From Desulfotalea psychrophila LSv54 (GTDB taxonomy: Bacteria; Desulfobacterota; Desulfobulbia; Desulfobulbales; Desulfocapsaceae), in the NCBI RefSeq assembly GCF_000025945.1, contig NC_006138.1:330001-362000 (forward strand): DNA of 32,000 nt. Reading direction: 5' to 3'. The first letter of the stretch is position 1. Every line of letters starts with the position of its first letter. Below the pieces are notes generated by a model. It saw only the letters and a list, made by a program, of their open reading frames with translations. It was not told the DNA's origin and did not search any database. The translations under genes and the position numbers were made by a program. This document shows, piece after piece, positions 8,570-17,175 of the stretch.

Positions 8570-10213
8570 ATGATTACAGTTTTGCATGGATACCTGCTTG
8601 AAGGCTCAGGAAGCAACCTATGGACCCGTGCCACTGTCCAATCTCTCTGTGAAAGCGGAGAAACCGTCCACCTCATGTGTCAAGAAAACCATCCGGATCT
8701 CTATGATTTTATCAGTGACGCAATACTTTATAAGGCAAATGGGAAGAGGGAAACCTTACTAAAACGCAAACCCATCTATCCAGGCAGATGCATTATGCAT
8801 AAACCGCATATAGGAGAGACACTGCCTGTCTATGTAAAGGATAAATATGAAGAATTTTCTGACGTACGACCAATGGTTGAACTCAGTGATGGAGAAATTG
8901 AAACATATCTGCGGACAAACGTTAAAATACTCCAGCAAATAGTAGACGAAAATGAAATTAAGGTTATTCTTGCCAACCATGCCGTTCTTATGTCTGTCGT
9001 TGCCCAACGAGTAGGAAAGACACGAAATATCCCCTATGCTATAATGCCCCATGGGAGCGCCATCGAATATGCTGTAAAAAAGGACAGGAGATATTTTAAC
9101 TATGCCGAAAGTGCATTTGCTGAGGCACAGAGAATATACGTCATTGGCAAAGAGATGAGAGAGAGGCTCAAGAACCTATTCACAAAATTGCCTCAGATTG
9201 AAGACAAAATGAAAGAGTTAAATCTGGGGGTCAACACCTCCCTCTTTAACCCCATAAAGAGAGAAGAGAGAAAAGACAATATAGGCAAGCTCTGCCTGGC
9301 ATTAGAAAAGGTGCCACGGGGCAAGACAGGCTCTCAACAGTCCATGCCAGAACAACTGACAGCCGATATTTCCAAGCGAAACTTATTGAGTATTATACAT
9401 GCCTCATCCTCTTACCATGCAAAATTTCCAGATGATAATGTCGAAGAAAAGTTGCAAATGGTGGAGTGGAATAATGAAAAAATCATTCTATTTGTTGGTC
9501 GACTCATCGCAAACAAAGGTCTCCATTCAATCATAGCCGCCCTACCTGAAATACTTGCCAATCAAGTAAATACACGCCTGATCATAGTAGGACACGGTCC
9601 ACAACGCGAACAACTTGAAACACTTATTTGGGCATTACAAAACGGACACTCAGACTTAGTCCTTAATCTTGTAAACTGGGGAAGAGAGCTGGAGGGTGAC
9701 GGGGAAAGCGCCTGGCAAGAGATACAGCTCTATTTTAATCACCTGAAAAAACATGATAAGCTGACTCCATATTTTAAAAAAGCGCAAAAGCACCTGAAGC
9801 AAGACAGCGTAATATTCACAGGATACCTTACTCACAAAGAGCTGTGTCACCTGTTTCCTGCATGCGACGTAGCAATTTTTCCATCTATTGTCGCCGAGGC
9901 CGGCCCCCTGGTATTTTTAGAGGCAATGGCCTCAGCTTGCTTTCCCATCGGCACATATTTTGCTGGCATGGCGGCGAGCATAGATTCCGTAGCAGATGCC
10001 CTTCCTCAGAATGTAGTAGACTTAATGAAAATAAGTCCACGGCCTGAGCAAACGGTAATGGATATCATAGCGAAGACAAAAGGCGCCCTCTCTGTTGACA
10101 GATATTACAAAGAAAAATTACGCAGGATTGCCATTGAAAAATATGATTGGAAAAACATCAGCAAAGTCCTGGCCTCAGATTTACACAGATTGCAGACATT
10201 AGTGAAAAGATAA
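8570..10213 (+). CDS. Glycosyltransferase, GT4-like
   Basis: 547 aa. 'ILFVGRLIANKGLHSIIAALPEI', 'LIIVGHGPQREQLE', 'VAIFPSIVAEAGPLVFLEAMASAC'. GGAGG RBS upstream. Confidence 0.9.
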   Translation: MITVLHGYLLEGSGSNLWTRATVQSLCESGETVHLMCQENHPDLYDFISDAILYKANGKRETLLKRKPIYPGRCIMHKPHIGETLPVYVKDKYEEFSDVRPMVELSDGEIETYLRTNVKILQQIVDENEIKVILANHAVLMSVVAQRVGKTRNIPYAIMPHGSAIEYAVKKDRRYFNYAESAFAEAQRIYVIGKEMRERLKNLFTKLPQIEDKMKELNLGVNTSLFNPIKREERKDNIGKLCLALEKVPRGKTGSQQSMPEQLTADISKRNLLSIIHASSSYHAKFPDDNVEEKLQMVEWNNEKIILFVGRLIANKGLHSIIAALPEILANQVNTRLIIVGHGPQREQLETLIWALQNGHSDLVLNLVNWGRELEGDGESAWQEIQLYFNHLKKHDKLTPYFKKAQKHLKQDSVIFTGYLTHKELCHLFPACDVAIFPSIVAEAGPLVFLEAMASACFPIGTYFAGMAASIDSVADALPQNVVDLMKISPRPEQTVMDIIAKTKGALSVDRYYKEKLRRIAIEKYDWKNISKVLASDLHRLQTLVKR

Positions 10214-10306
10214 GGGTTAAGAGGATCTTCTTAAACTCGATTTCCGGCATCCAGCCAAATAAAGACATTGCTCGTCGGTGAATCCAATAATAAATGGGAG
10301 CAGATA

Positions 10307-10771
10307 ATGAGACGCCGTGACAAGGAGATAAAGGAGAGGAAAGAGATAGACAAGATTATTAACAGATGCACAGTATGCCGATTGGGAATGGCAAAAGACA
10401 ATATCCCCTATATAGTCCCCCTATCCTTTGCCTACGATGGATTAAACATCTACTTCCATACAGCTAAGAAAGGGCAAAAGATAGAGTATATAAACTCAAA
10501 CAGTCAGGTTTGCCTTGAATTTGAGACCGATATTAAGCTCATATCTGATGAAACATCACCCTGTCAATGGGGATTCTCATTTCAGACCGTCTTCTGCCAG
10601 GGCATGGTTACAGAAATTACCAATAAAGAGAAGAGAGTTGAGGCACTCAAACTGATAATCGCCCATTACTCAGAGAAGAAATGGGCGCTAGATGAGAGGA
10701 TGCTCAAATCAGTCAGAGTTTGGCAGGTCTCAATAAAGAGTTGGACAGGAAGCTCATCCAAGGACCGTTAA
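10307..10771 (+). CDS. Pyridoxamine 5'-phosphate oxidase / NimA-like flavin-binding protein
   Basis: '[50 protein letters not shown]' is a typical PNPOx-like FMN fold. ATG at 10307 preferred over the TTG at 10268. Confidence 0.88.
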   Translation: MRRRDKEIKERKEIDKIINRCTVCRLGMAKDNIPYIVPLSFAYDGLNIYFHTAKKGQKIEYINSNSQVCLEFETDIKLISDETSPCQWGFSFQTVFCQGMVTEITNKEKRVEALKLIIAHYSEKKWALDERMLKSVRVWQVSIKSWTGSSSKDR

Positions 10772-10788
10772 TAATAATAATAATAATA
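10769..10788 (+). repeat. Trinucleotide microsatellite (TAA)6 plus TA
   Basis: taataataataataataata read directly between the stop of the PNPOx gene (10769-10771) and the RBS/ATG of the DHFR gene at 10800. Confidence 0.9.
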
Positions 10789-10799
10789 GAAGAGGTCAT

Positions 10800-11273
10800 A
10801 TGAAGATTTCACTCATGGCGGCAAAGTCTGAAAACGGAGTCATTGGTAAAGGAGCGGATATCCCCTGGATGGTCAAAGGGGAGCAGCTCTTATTCAAGGC
10901 GATAACCTTCAATCAATGGCTACTGGTTGGGAGAAAAACTTTCGACTCCATGGGGGTTCTGCCCAACCGTAAATACGCAGTCATCACCAGATCCGGCCTC
11001 CTCTCGCAGAATGACAATGTCCTCGTTTTTCCTTCCATAGAGGATGCTCTCCGTGAACTTGCTCAACAGACAGAGCATATTATAGTTGCAGGTGGTGGAG
11101 AAATATTCAAGGCCATGATTAACAGAGCCGACACCCTACATCTATCAACGGTTCATCAAAATATCGACGGAGATATTACCTTTCCTCAAGTACCGAAGGA
11201 TTTTAAATTAGTATTTGAGCAGTACTTTGAATCAAATATTAATTATACCTACCAGATATGGCAGAGACCATAG
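10800..11273 (+). CDS. Dihydrofolate reductase, DfrA1-like (integron/trimethoprim-resistance type)
   Basis: 157 aa. '[55 protein letters not shown]', 'VAGGGEIF', '[10 protein letters not shown]'. Closely follows the remembered DfrA1 family sequence. AGAGG RBS. Confidence 0.93.
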   Translation: MKISLMAAKSENGVIGKGADIPWMVKGEQLLFKAITFNQWLLVGRKTFDSMGVLPNRKYAVITRSGLLSQNDNVLVFPSIEDALRELAQQTEHIIVAGGGEIFKAMINRADTLHLSTVHQNIDGDITFPQVPKDFKLVFEQYFESNINYTYQIWQRP

Positions 11274-11806
11274 GCGACAGCAGACAGGATAAGTGTTGGG
11301 TTCCCACATGATTACAAAACCAAATCTACTCATATCAGCAAGAGCCATGAATTAGGCCACCACACCTTTGAAGCGGATCATATTCGAAAAGACGGGACAA
11401 TCTTTCCTGTCTATCACGACGTGACAACGGTGATAGATGAAGAGGACAGGCCTCTCTACAGTATCGTCAATATGTTGGATATCACCGATAGAAAAAGAGA
11501 TGAAAAAATTTCGTACTCACTTGGAAAAGCTTGTCGATGAACGGACCCAAGAGCTACAAAAGGCCTTAAATGAAATTAAGACATTAGAGGAAATAGTACC
11601 CATCTGTTTACATTGCAAAAAAAATACGCGACGACAAGGGCCACTGGAATCTCTTGCAGGCATTCCTAGAAAAACACTCCGACGCCTCCTTTAGCCATGG
11701 GATCTGCCCCGGATGCGTAGAAGAGTTCTATGGAAACGAGCCCTGCTCACAAGTCAGGTTCGGCTACTCATTCTATTTTCCAAGAGACTATGATAGTCTT
11801 CTATGA
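11274..11806 (+). pseudogene. Decayed PAS/PAC-domain sensor gene with a cysteine-rich C-terminal motif
   Basis: Frame 0: 'GHHTFEADHIRKDGTIFPVYHDVTTVIDEEDRPLYSIVNMLDITDRKRDEK'. Then frame 1: 'EKEMKKFRTHLEKLVDERTQELQKALNEIKTLEEIVPICLHCKK'. Then frame 2 after an A8 run at 11617-11624: 'IRDDKGHWNLLQAFLEKHSDASFSHGICPGCVEEFYG'. No 5' portion before 11274. Confidence 0.85.
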
Positions 11807-11959
11807 AGAGAGGGGGCGATCCCCTTCAGACTCCTGCAACCAGAGCGCTGAGGATCAACCAATAAGGCACGGTAAGATTTTCAATACCCCGTTACCCTGT
11901 CCTAGCAGGACATTTACAACAGTGCCCGTACATTGAACCCTTAACAGATAAAAAACGGC

Positions 11960-13309
11960 ATGAAGACATTTAACTTATTCAGAAAACACCCCCTCATCCT
12001 GATAGCAGGGATATGGACAATCCTCGTGAGTGCCCTGATTGCGCATGAGATAAACCACCTGCATGCCGAAACAGAGACAACAGCCATAACTGAGGCCCAT
12101 ACCATTTTTAAAAAGGATTTGGCCCTGCGCCACTGGGTCGCCTCTCATGGCGGAGTCTATGTCCCCATCGATGCCACGACCCCGGCAAATAAGTACCTTG
12201 TCCACCTGCCGGAGCGTGACATCCAAACGCCCTCAGCGAAAAATCTCACCCTGATGAACCCGGCCTATGCCATGCGGCAGATGCACGAGTCCTATGCCAA
12301 GACATATGGAGTAAGAGGGCATATCACCAGCCTCAAGCTGCTTAGACCGGAAAATATAGCGGATCTGTGGGAAACAAGGGCCCTGCAGTCCTTTGAACAG
12401 GGAAAGAGGGAGGTGAGTGAGCTTACCGATCTCAGCGGCAAGCCATTCCTCCGCTATATGTGGGCGATGATCACCGAAAGGCCCTGTCTTAAATGCCACC
12501 AGGGATACCAAGTGGGAGATGTCCGGGGAGGCATCTCTGTATCAATACCAATGACTGATCTCCTGGCAAAGGAAAGTCGGGAACGTCTAGAGCTGCTCTT
12601 ATCACATGGTCTGATATGGCTTAGCGGTTTGCTTCTCATCTACTTTGGGGGGCGGAGAGTGATGCTTAGCACAGAGGAGCGCAATCAGGCCAATAAGGAG
12701 CTGCTGCGCCATAAGCAGCATCTTGAAATTAAAATAAGGCAACGCACTGCAGAACTCACCGAGGCCAATCAAAAATTAGAGCATATCTCACTCACCGATG
12801 GCCTGACAGGTATAGCCAATCGTCGCCATTTTGATAATCTCATCGCCAAGGAGTGGTCTCGGGCCATACGGGAGAAAACCCCCATTACTCTCATCATGAT
12901 TGATATTGATTATTTTAAACTATTTAATGATCTCTATGGCCATCCTGAGGGTGATATATGTCTCAAAACAGTTGCCATGGCCCTCAATGCTGAGATGAGA
13001 CGATCGACTGACTTTGTGGCGAGATATGGCGGGGAAGAGTTTGCAGCTATCCTGCCTAATACGGGCGGGCCAGGAGCTCTGGTCATGGCAGAGAAGATGA
13101 GGGCAAGTATTGCCAAACTTGAGATTGAACATAAAGATTCAGAGATAAATAACTACCTCACCATTAGTCTGGGCGCTATCTCAGTCGTCCCCAAAAAAGG
13201 TTCAGACTTCAGCCATTTCATTGAGCAGGCGGATAAGGCCCTATACACGGCGAAGACAGAGGGTCGTAATCAGGCAAGAGCTTTCTCGCCTGATGGTGAG
13301 AATGCCTAA
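11960..13309 (+). CDS. Membrane diguanylate cyclase with periplasmic Tll0287/DUF3365-like heme domain
   Basis: TM segment, 'ERPCLKCHQGY' CxxCH motif, second TM, then GGDEF domain 'LTDGLTGIANRRHFD...RYGGEEFAAILPNT'. Confidence 0.92.
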   Translation: MKTFNLFRKHPLILIAGIWTILVSALIAHEINHLHAETETTAITEAHTIFKKDLALRHWVASHGGVYVPIDATTPANKYLVHLPERDIQTPSAKNLTLMNPAYAMRQMHESYAKTYGVRGHITSLKLLRPENIADLWETRALQSFEQGKREVSELTDLSGKPFLRYMWAMITERPCLKCHQGYQVGDVRGGISVSIPMTDLLAKESRERLELLLSHGLIWLSGLLLIYFGGRRVMLSTEERNQANKELLRHKQHLEIKIRQRTAELTEANQKLEHISLTDGLTGIANRRHFDNLIAKEWSRAIREKTPITLIMIDIDYFKLFNDLYGHPEGDICLKTVAMALNAEMRRSTDFVARYGGEEFAAILPNTGGPGALVMAEKMRASIAKLEIEHKDSEINNYLTISLGAISVVPKKGSDFSHFIEQADKALYTAKTEGRNQARAFSPDGENA

Positions 13310-13404
13310 AAGCCCTAACCGAAACAGCACAGCCAATCACTTGCGGGCAGCTAGCCCCGCAAACGACTCTGCCAGCACCCAAAAAAGACAAAAGGAGAAC
13401 CACG

Positions 13405-13989
13405 ATGAAACTGACAGCCTTTCTCCTGCTAATACTCTCACTTTCCTCAGCATCCCAAGTCATGGCGAAGAGCACAGTACTGGCCGGAGGCTGTTTTTGG
13501 TGTATGGAATCGGATTTTGAAAAACTTGACGGGGTGAGCGGGGTGGTTTCAGGCTTTAGTGGAGGGATCTTGAAGAACCCGACTTATAACGGCAGGCATA
13601 CGGGTCATGTTGAGGCCGTTCAGATAAGCTATGATCCCCAAAAGATCAGCTATCGCGAGCTGTTGGAACATTACTGGTTTAACATCGATCCCTTTGATGA
13701 CAAAGGACAGTTTTGCGATAAGGGGCCAAGCTATCTGGCCGCCATCTTTGTCGCAAGCAAAGAAGAGAGACACATTGCCGAAGAATCTAAAAGGGCCATA
13801 GAGAAGAGATTTCCAAACAGGAGAGTGATAACCCCCATCTTAAAGGCCACAACCTTTTACCCGATCAAGGGCCACGAGAGTTACCACCAGGACTACTATA
13901 AAAAGAGCGCCATTCGCTACAAGCTCTACCGTTGGAACTGTGGTCGAGACAGACGTTTGCAGGAGATTTGGGGCGACAGACAAGATTGA
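13405..13989 (+). CDS. msrA: Peptide methionine sulfoxide reductase MsrA, with N-terminal signal peptide
   Basis: 'VLAGGCFWCMESDFEKLDGVSGVVSGFSGG...YNGRHTGHVEAVQISYDP', 'ESYHQDYYKK'. Signal-like 'LTAFLLLILSLSSASQVMA'. Confidence 0.94.
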   Translation: MKLTAFLLLILSLSSASQVMAKSTVLAGGCFWCMESDFEKLDGVSGVVSGFSGGILKNPTYNGRHTGHVEAVQISYDPQKISYRELLEHYWFNIDPFDDKGQFCDKGPSYLAAIFVASKEERHIAEESKRAIEKRFPNRRVITPILKATTFYPIKGHESYHQDYYKKSAIRYKLYRWNCGRDRRLQEIWGDRQD

Positions 13990-14105
13990 GATAAAGTCCG
14001 CATCAAGCTCTATCTATGTTAATATCATAGGAGAAAAAGCCGACAGCATAGGCACTATCCATAAGCTGCGGTCAAACAGCCCCCATCCCAAAAGAGGAAA
14101 AAGAT

Positions 14106-14699
14106 ATGAGTATCACCCTACCCGAGCTTCCCTACCTAAAAAATGCCCTGGCACCATATATCAGCTCTGAGACATTGGATTTTCATCATGGCAAACACCA
14201 CAGTACCTATGTCACCAACCTGAATAAGCTCATCGCCGGTACTGAACTGGAAAATGCGACATTGGAAGAGATCATAAAAAAGACAGTAAACGATGCCAGC
14301 AAAAGCGGAGTCTTCAACAATGCCGCCCAGATTTGGAACCATACATTTTACTGGCAATCAATGAAGGCCGAGGGTGGTGGTATGCCAAGGGGTGCCATTG
14401 CCGAAAAGATCGATGCCGACTTCGGTAGCTACGACAACTTCGTAGAGCAGCTGAAAAATGCCGGTCTTACTCAGTTCGGCAGCGGTTGGGCCTGGTTGGT
14501 CCTGAACAACAACAAGCTGGAAATCATGAAAACCGCCAACGCCGATACCCCCATAGCCCATGGTTTGCAAGCTCTTCTGACCGTGGATGTCTGGGAACAT
14601 GCCTATTATCTTGACTACCAAAACGGCCGAGGCACCTACCTGGATGCCTTTTTCAACAACCTTATCAACTGGGATTTTGTTAACGCCAATCTCGCCTAG
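14106..14699 (+). CDS. sodB: Superoxide dismutase, Fe/Mn family
   Basis: 'LPELPYLKNALAPYISSETLDFHHGKHHSTYVTNLNKLI', 'AQIWNHTFYW', 'LLTVDVWEHAYYLDYQNGRGTYLDAF'. Confidence 0.96.
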   Translation: MSITLPELPYLKNALAPYISSETLDFHHGKHHSTYVTNLNKLIAGTELENATLEEIIKKTVNDASKSGVFNNAAQIWNHTFYWQSMKAEGGGMPRGAIAEKIDADFGSYDNFVEQLKNAGLTQFGSGWAWLVLNNNKLEIMKTANADTPIAHGLQALLTVDVWEHAYYLDYQNGRGTYLDAFFNNLINWDFVNANLA

Positions 14700-14731
14700 A
14701 GGATAGCCACCGGGCAAGGGCTCCGCTCTTT

Positions 14732-15349
14732 TTAAGGGTGGGGCTCCTGCAGAAGACGATAGGCAAAAAATACTCGAACGACGGTGGTCACCAGACAGAG
14801 CAGGGCGAAAAAAAGCGCCAGAGCGGGGAACCACTGGGGCAAGAGACAGAAGAGAATAAAAAAACAGATGGTCTCCGTCCCCTCGGCAAGACCGCCAAGA
14901 TAGTAAAACCCCTTAGAGGGATAGACAATAAGGGGAAGAGACCTCCTCTCGGCGAAGACGGCAAAGGCCAAAAAAGAGGAGGAGGTACCCATAAAGGCAG
15001 CCAGAAGCAGGTCAGCAGCCAGGGCATTCTCCCCAGGCGCGGCCAGGGCAAAGCCCAGAACTACCACGGCATAAAAAATAAAATCACAAACTATATCAAG
15101 ATAGGCTCCATCATCGCTTGCCCCCTGAATACGGGCCAAGGCCCCATCCACCCCATCCAAAAACCGATTAAGACAGATACAGAACAGGGCAGGAATATAC
15201 TGTTCGACCGCTAAAAGAGGCAGGGTAACAAGGCCACAGCAAAGGCCAAAGAGGGTTACCCGATTGGCAGTGATGTCCCGGGCATGGAGGAGACGAGCGC
15301 AGAAGGATAAAAAAGAGCTGGTTCTGGGTAGTATATAACGATCGAGCAT
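14732..15349 (-). CDS. ynjF: CDP-alcohol phosphatidyltransferase family protein (YnjF-like)
   Basis: 'ITANRVTLFG', 'NRFLDGVDGALARIQGASDDGAYLDIVCDF', matching the CDP-alcohol transferase motif DGxxAR...G.xxDxxxD. Likely start is the ATG at 15349; the ORF opens at 15403. Confidence 0.85.
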   Translation of the reverse strand: MLDRYILPRTSSFLSFCARLLHARDITANRVTLFGLCCGLVTLPLLAVEQYIPALFCICLNRFLDGVDGALARIQGASDDGAYLDIVCDFIFYAVVVLGFALAAPGENALAADLLLAAFMGTSSSFLAFAVFAERRSLPLIVYPSKGFYYLGGLAEGTETICFFILFCLLPQWFPALALFFALLCLVTTVVRVFFAYRLLQEPHP

Positions 15350-15353
15350 AGCT

Positions 15354-15977
15354 TCACCCCTGAGAAAAAACGATTTTAGCAGCCAACACATCCTCACTGT
15401 CATGGGTCACCAACAGGGCAGGGATATCCATCTCCTCTACCTGCTCCACCACGAAGGCCCTAAAGCTCTGCCTGAGGGCTGCATCAAGCTGAGAAAATGG
15501 CTCATCAAGAAGAACAAGGCGTGGCCTTGCCAACAGGGTTCGCAGCAGTGAGACACGCGCCTTCTGCCCACCAGAGAGGGTCTGAACAGAACGCTCGGCA
15601 AAACCTGCAAGTCCCGCCCCTGCCAAGGCCTGCGCCGCTTGCAGAGGTCGCTGCTTACCCGGCACGGAACCGGGCAGGGCAAAGGCCAGATTCTGACCGA
15701 CATTCATATGGGGAAAGAGCAGGACTTCCTGAAAGAGAATCCCCACCTGCCGTCTCTCCATGGGCAGGCCCAAGAGAGAGGCCCCATCCAGAAGAATCTC
15801 TCCCGAGAAGGTAAAGACCGGATGCAGGCAACCGCTGACCAGGGAGAGCAGGGTCGATTTACCACAACCACTGGGCCCCATAAAGGAGAGAATCTCTCCC
15901 CGCGCCACCACGGCACTGACCGGGGCAAAGAGAGCTTTACCCTGCAGGGATATCTGCACATCTTTTAGTTCAAGCAT
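15354..15977 (-). CDS. ynjD: ABC transporter ATP-binding protein (YnjD-like)
   Basis: Walker A 'FMGPSGCGKST', signature 'LSGGQKARVSLLRTLLARPRLVLLDEPFSQLD'. ATG at 15977 (MLELKDVQISL). Confidence 0.92.
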   Translation of the reverse strand: MLELKDVQISLQGKALFAPVSAVVARGEILSFMGPSGCGKSTLLSLVSGCLHPVFTFSGEILLDGASLLGLPMERRQVGILFQEVLLFPHMNVGQNLAFALPGSVPGKQRPLQAAQALAGAGLAGFAERSVQTLSGGQKARVSLLRTLLARPRLVLLDEPFSQLDAALRQSFRAFVVEQVEEMDIPALLVTHDSEDVLAAKIVFSQG

Positions 15978-16104
15978 TTTTTCCTCTTTTGCCTTTGCTC
16001 TTGAGTTTGACCGACTGCACCGGAGAGAGCCACGGGGGCTGCTAGTTGAGCCAGCAATGCTCAACGGTTCAACACCTTTTATCAGGCTAATGATGAATGC
16101 CCTG

Positions 16105-16670
16105 TTATGCCCTTATATATCTACCGTATGATTCAACCCTTGTTAAAAGCCTATTAGAGAGTAGTTTGTTAGCTACATGAAGATGTTGGTGGATCAGCAG
16201 GGCCTCTTCTTTGTAGGCAAGGCGCCTTTCATTAGTCCAGGACCATGGTGGCTCTGATAAATTAGTTGTTCTGTCCGCCAGCTTTACCCCATCCATACCT
16301 CTTTCGGTTGTAACTTTATCCTGTTCAAGAAATCCAGTATCTGTTCTTTCTTGAAGGCAAGATCTTCGTTTTTGGTAAGGGCATTAACACCTTGGGCCAC
16401 TTCCAGGCCGAAATTGCCTTCAATAGTTTTAAAATCTACATCTGTATCTTCAATAGTGTCATGGAGAAGAGCGCATTGGATGGCAAGATCACCGTTTAGA
16501 TTGGGATTAGAATTTAGTCCGCAAATTAACTCCATAGCTACACTACCTATGTGGTTAAGATAGGGTATTCGTTGACCTTCGATCGGCGCTCCATATGCCT
16601 GTCCTTCATGCGCCATAGTTGCAAAACCCCAAGCTTTGACATATAGATCTTGAGACCAGTTTTGCGTCAT
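16105..16670 (-). pseudogene. HD-domain phosphohydrolase, MESH1/SpoT-hydrolase-like, frameshifted
   Basis: Two overlapping ORFs (16284-16670, 16105-16296) together read 'AHEGQ...IPYLNHIGSVAMELI...QCALLHDTIEDTDVDFKTIEGNFG...NALTKNEDLAFKKEQILDFLNRIKLQPKEVWM / VKLADRTTNLSEPP...YKEEALLIHQHLHVANKLLSNRLLTRVESYGRYI'. The frame change falls at a G4 run (16287-16290). Confidence 0.82.
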
Positions 16671-16755
16671 TTTCTATCCTTATTTCAGGGCTATTTTAGG
16701 CATATTTTAAATCAGGAGCGCGGCTTTTTGCATCCGCTAAAGTGTCATGTTAGAT

Positions 16756-17172
16756 TTATTCAATGTGTCGCTCTATCTCACTTCTAATATCATTAGCCGT
16801 CTGCTCAGGTGTTGCCAATCCAGCAGCAACCAGAAAACATAGAAAGGAAACAATTCCAACGAGAATTGTTGACGTGTTATTTTTGATTTTTAAATGAACC
16901 GAAATTATGAGCCAGATCCAAGACATACAACCAATAATAAATAATAGGTTGTATAATTTCTCTCCTGGCACTCCAAACCAGTTAACTGCTGAACAAGACA
17001 TGAGATACCCAGCAATAGCAAAAAGAAGCCACCCAATGGAAATCTCTTTTTCATCTTGATTTAATAATAATGTCCAATCAAAGTTCGAATCTTTAAATTC
17101 GTTATCGAGCTTTTTGACGGCAGTAACATTTTTTTGGATCTTATCCAATTTTGAACCAATATCAATTGACAT
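16756..17172 (-). CDS. Hypothetical small membrane protein, about 3 TM segments
   Basis: 138 aa with hydrophobic stretches 'ISIGWLLFAIAGYLMSCSAVNWF', 'LYNLLFIIGCMSWIWLIISVHL', 'TILVGIVSFLCFLVAAGLA'. AAGGAGG RBS sits in the 3' end of the upstream gene. Confidence 0.8.
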   Translation of the reverse strand: MSIDIGSKLDKIQKNVTAVKKLDNEFKDSNFDWTLLLNQDEKEISIGWLLFAIAGYLMSCSAVNWFGVPGEKLYNLLFIIGCMSWIWLIISVHLKIKNNTSTILVGIVSFLCFLVAAGLATPEQTANDIRSEIERHIE

Positions 17173-17175
17173 AAC

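Noticed and set aside
10760-11310. Possible integron gene cassette around the dfrA-like gene; a GTTGGGT at 11295 fits GTTRRRY
   Set aside because: No paired RYYYAAC core at a sensible distance, no palindromic attC arms and no integrase. A lone 7-mer match to a degenerate consensus is expected by chance.
13341-13362. TTGCGGG-N8-CCCGCAA hairpin between the GGDEF gene and msrA, considered as a terminator
   Set aside because: Only a 7-bp stem and no T-tract on either side. Insufficient for an intrinsic terminator call.
16045-16065. GTTGAGC-N7-GCTCAAC palindrome and nearby RYYYAAC-like words considered as an attC/recombination site for the 16-17.5 kb insert
   Set aside because: Core order is wrong for attC (GTTRRRY precedes RYYYAAC) and the element is too short. 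Kept only as a hairpin worth noting in a boundary analysis.
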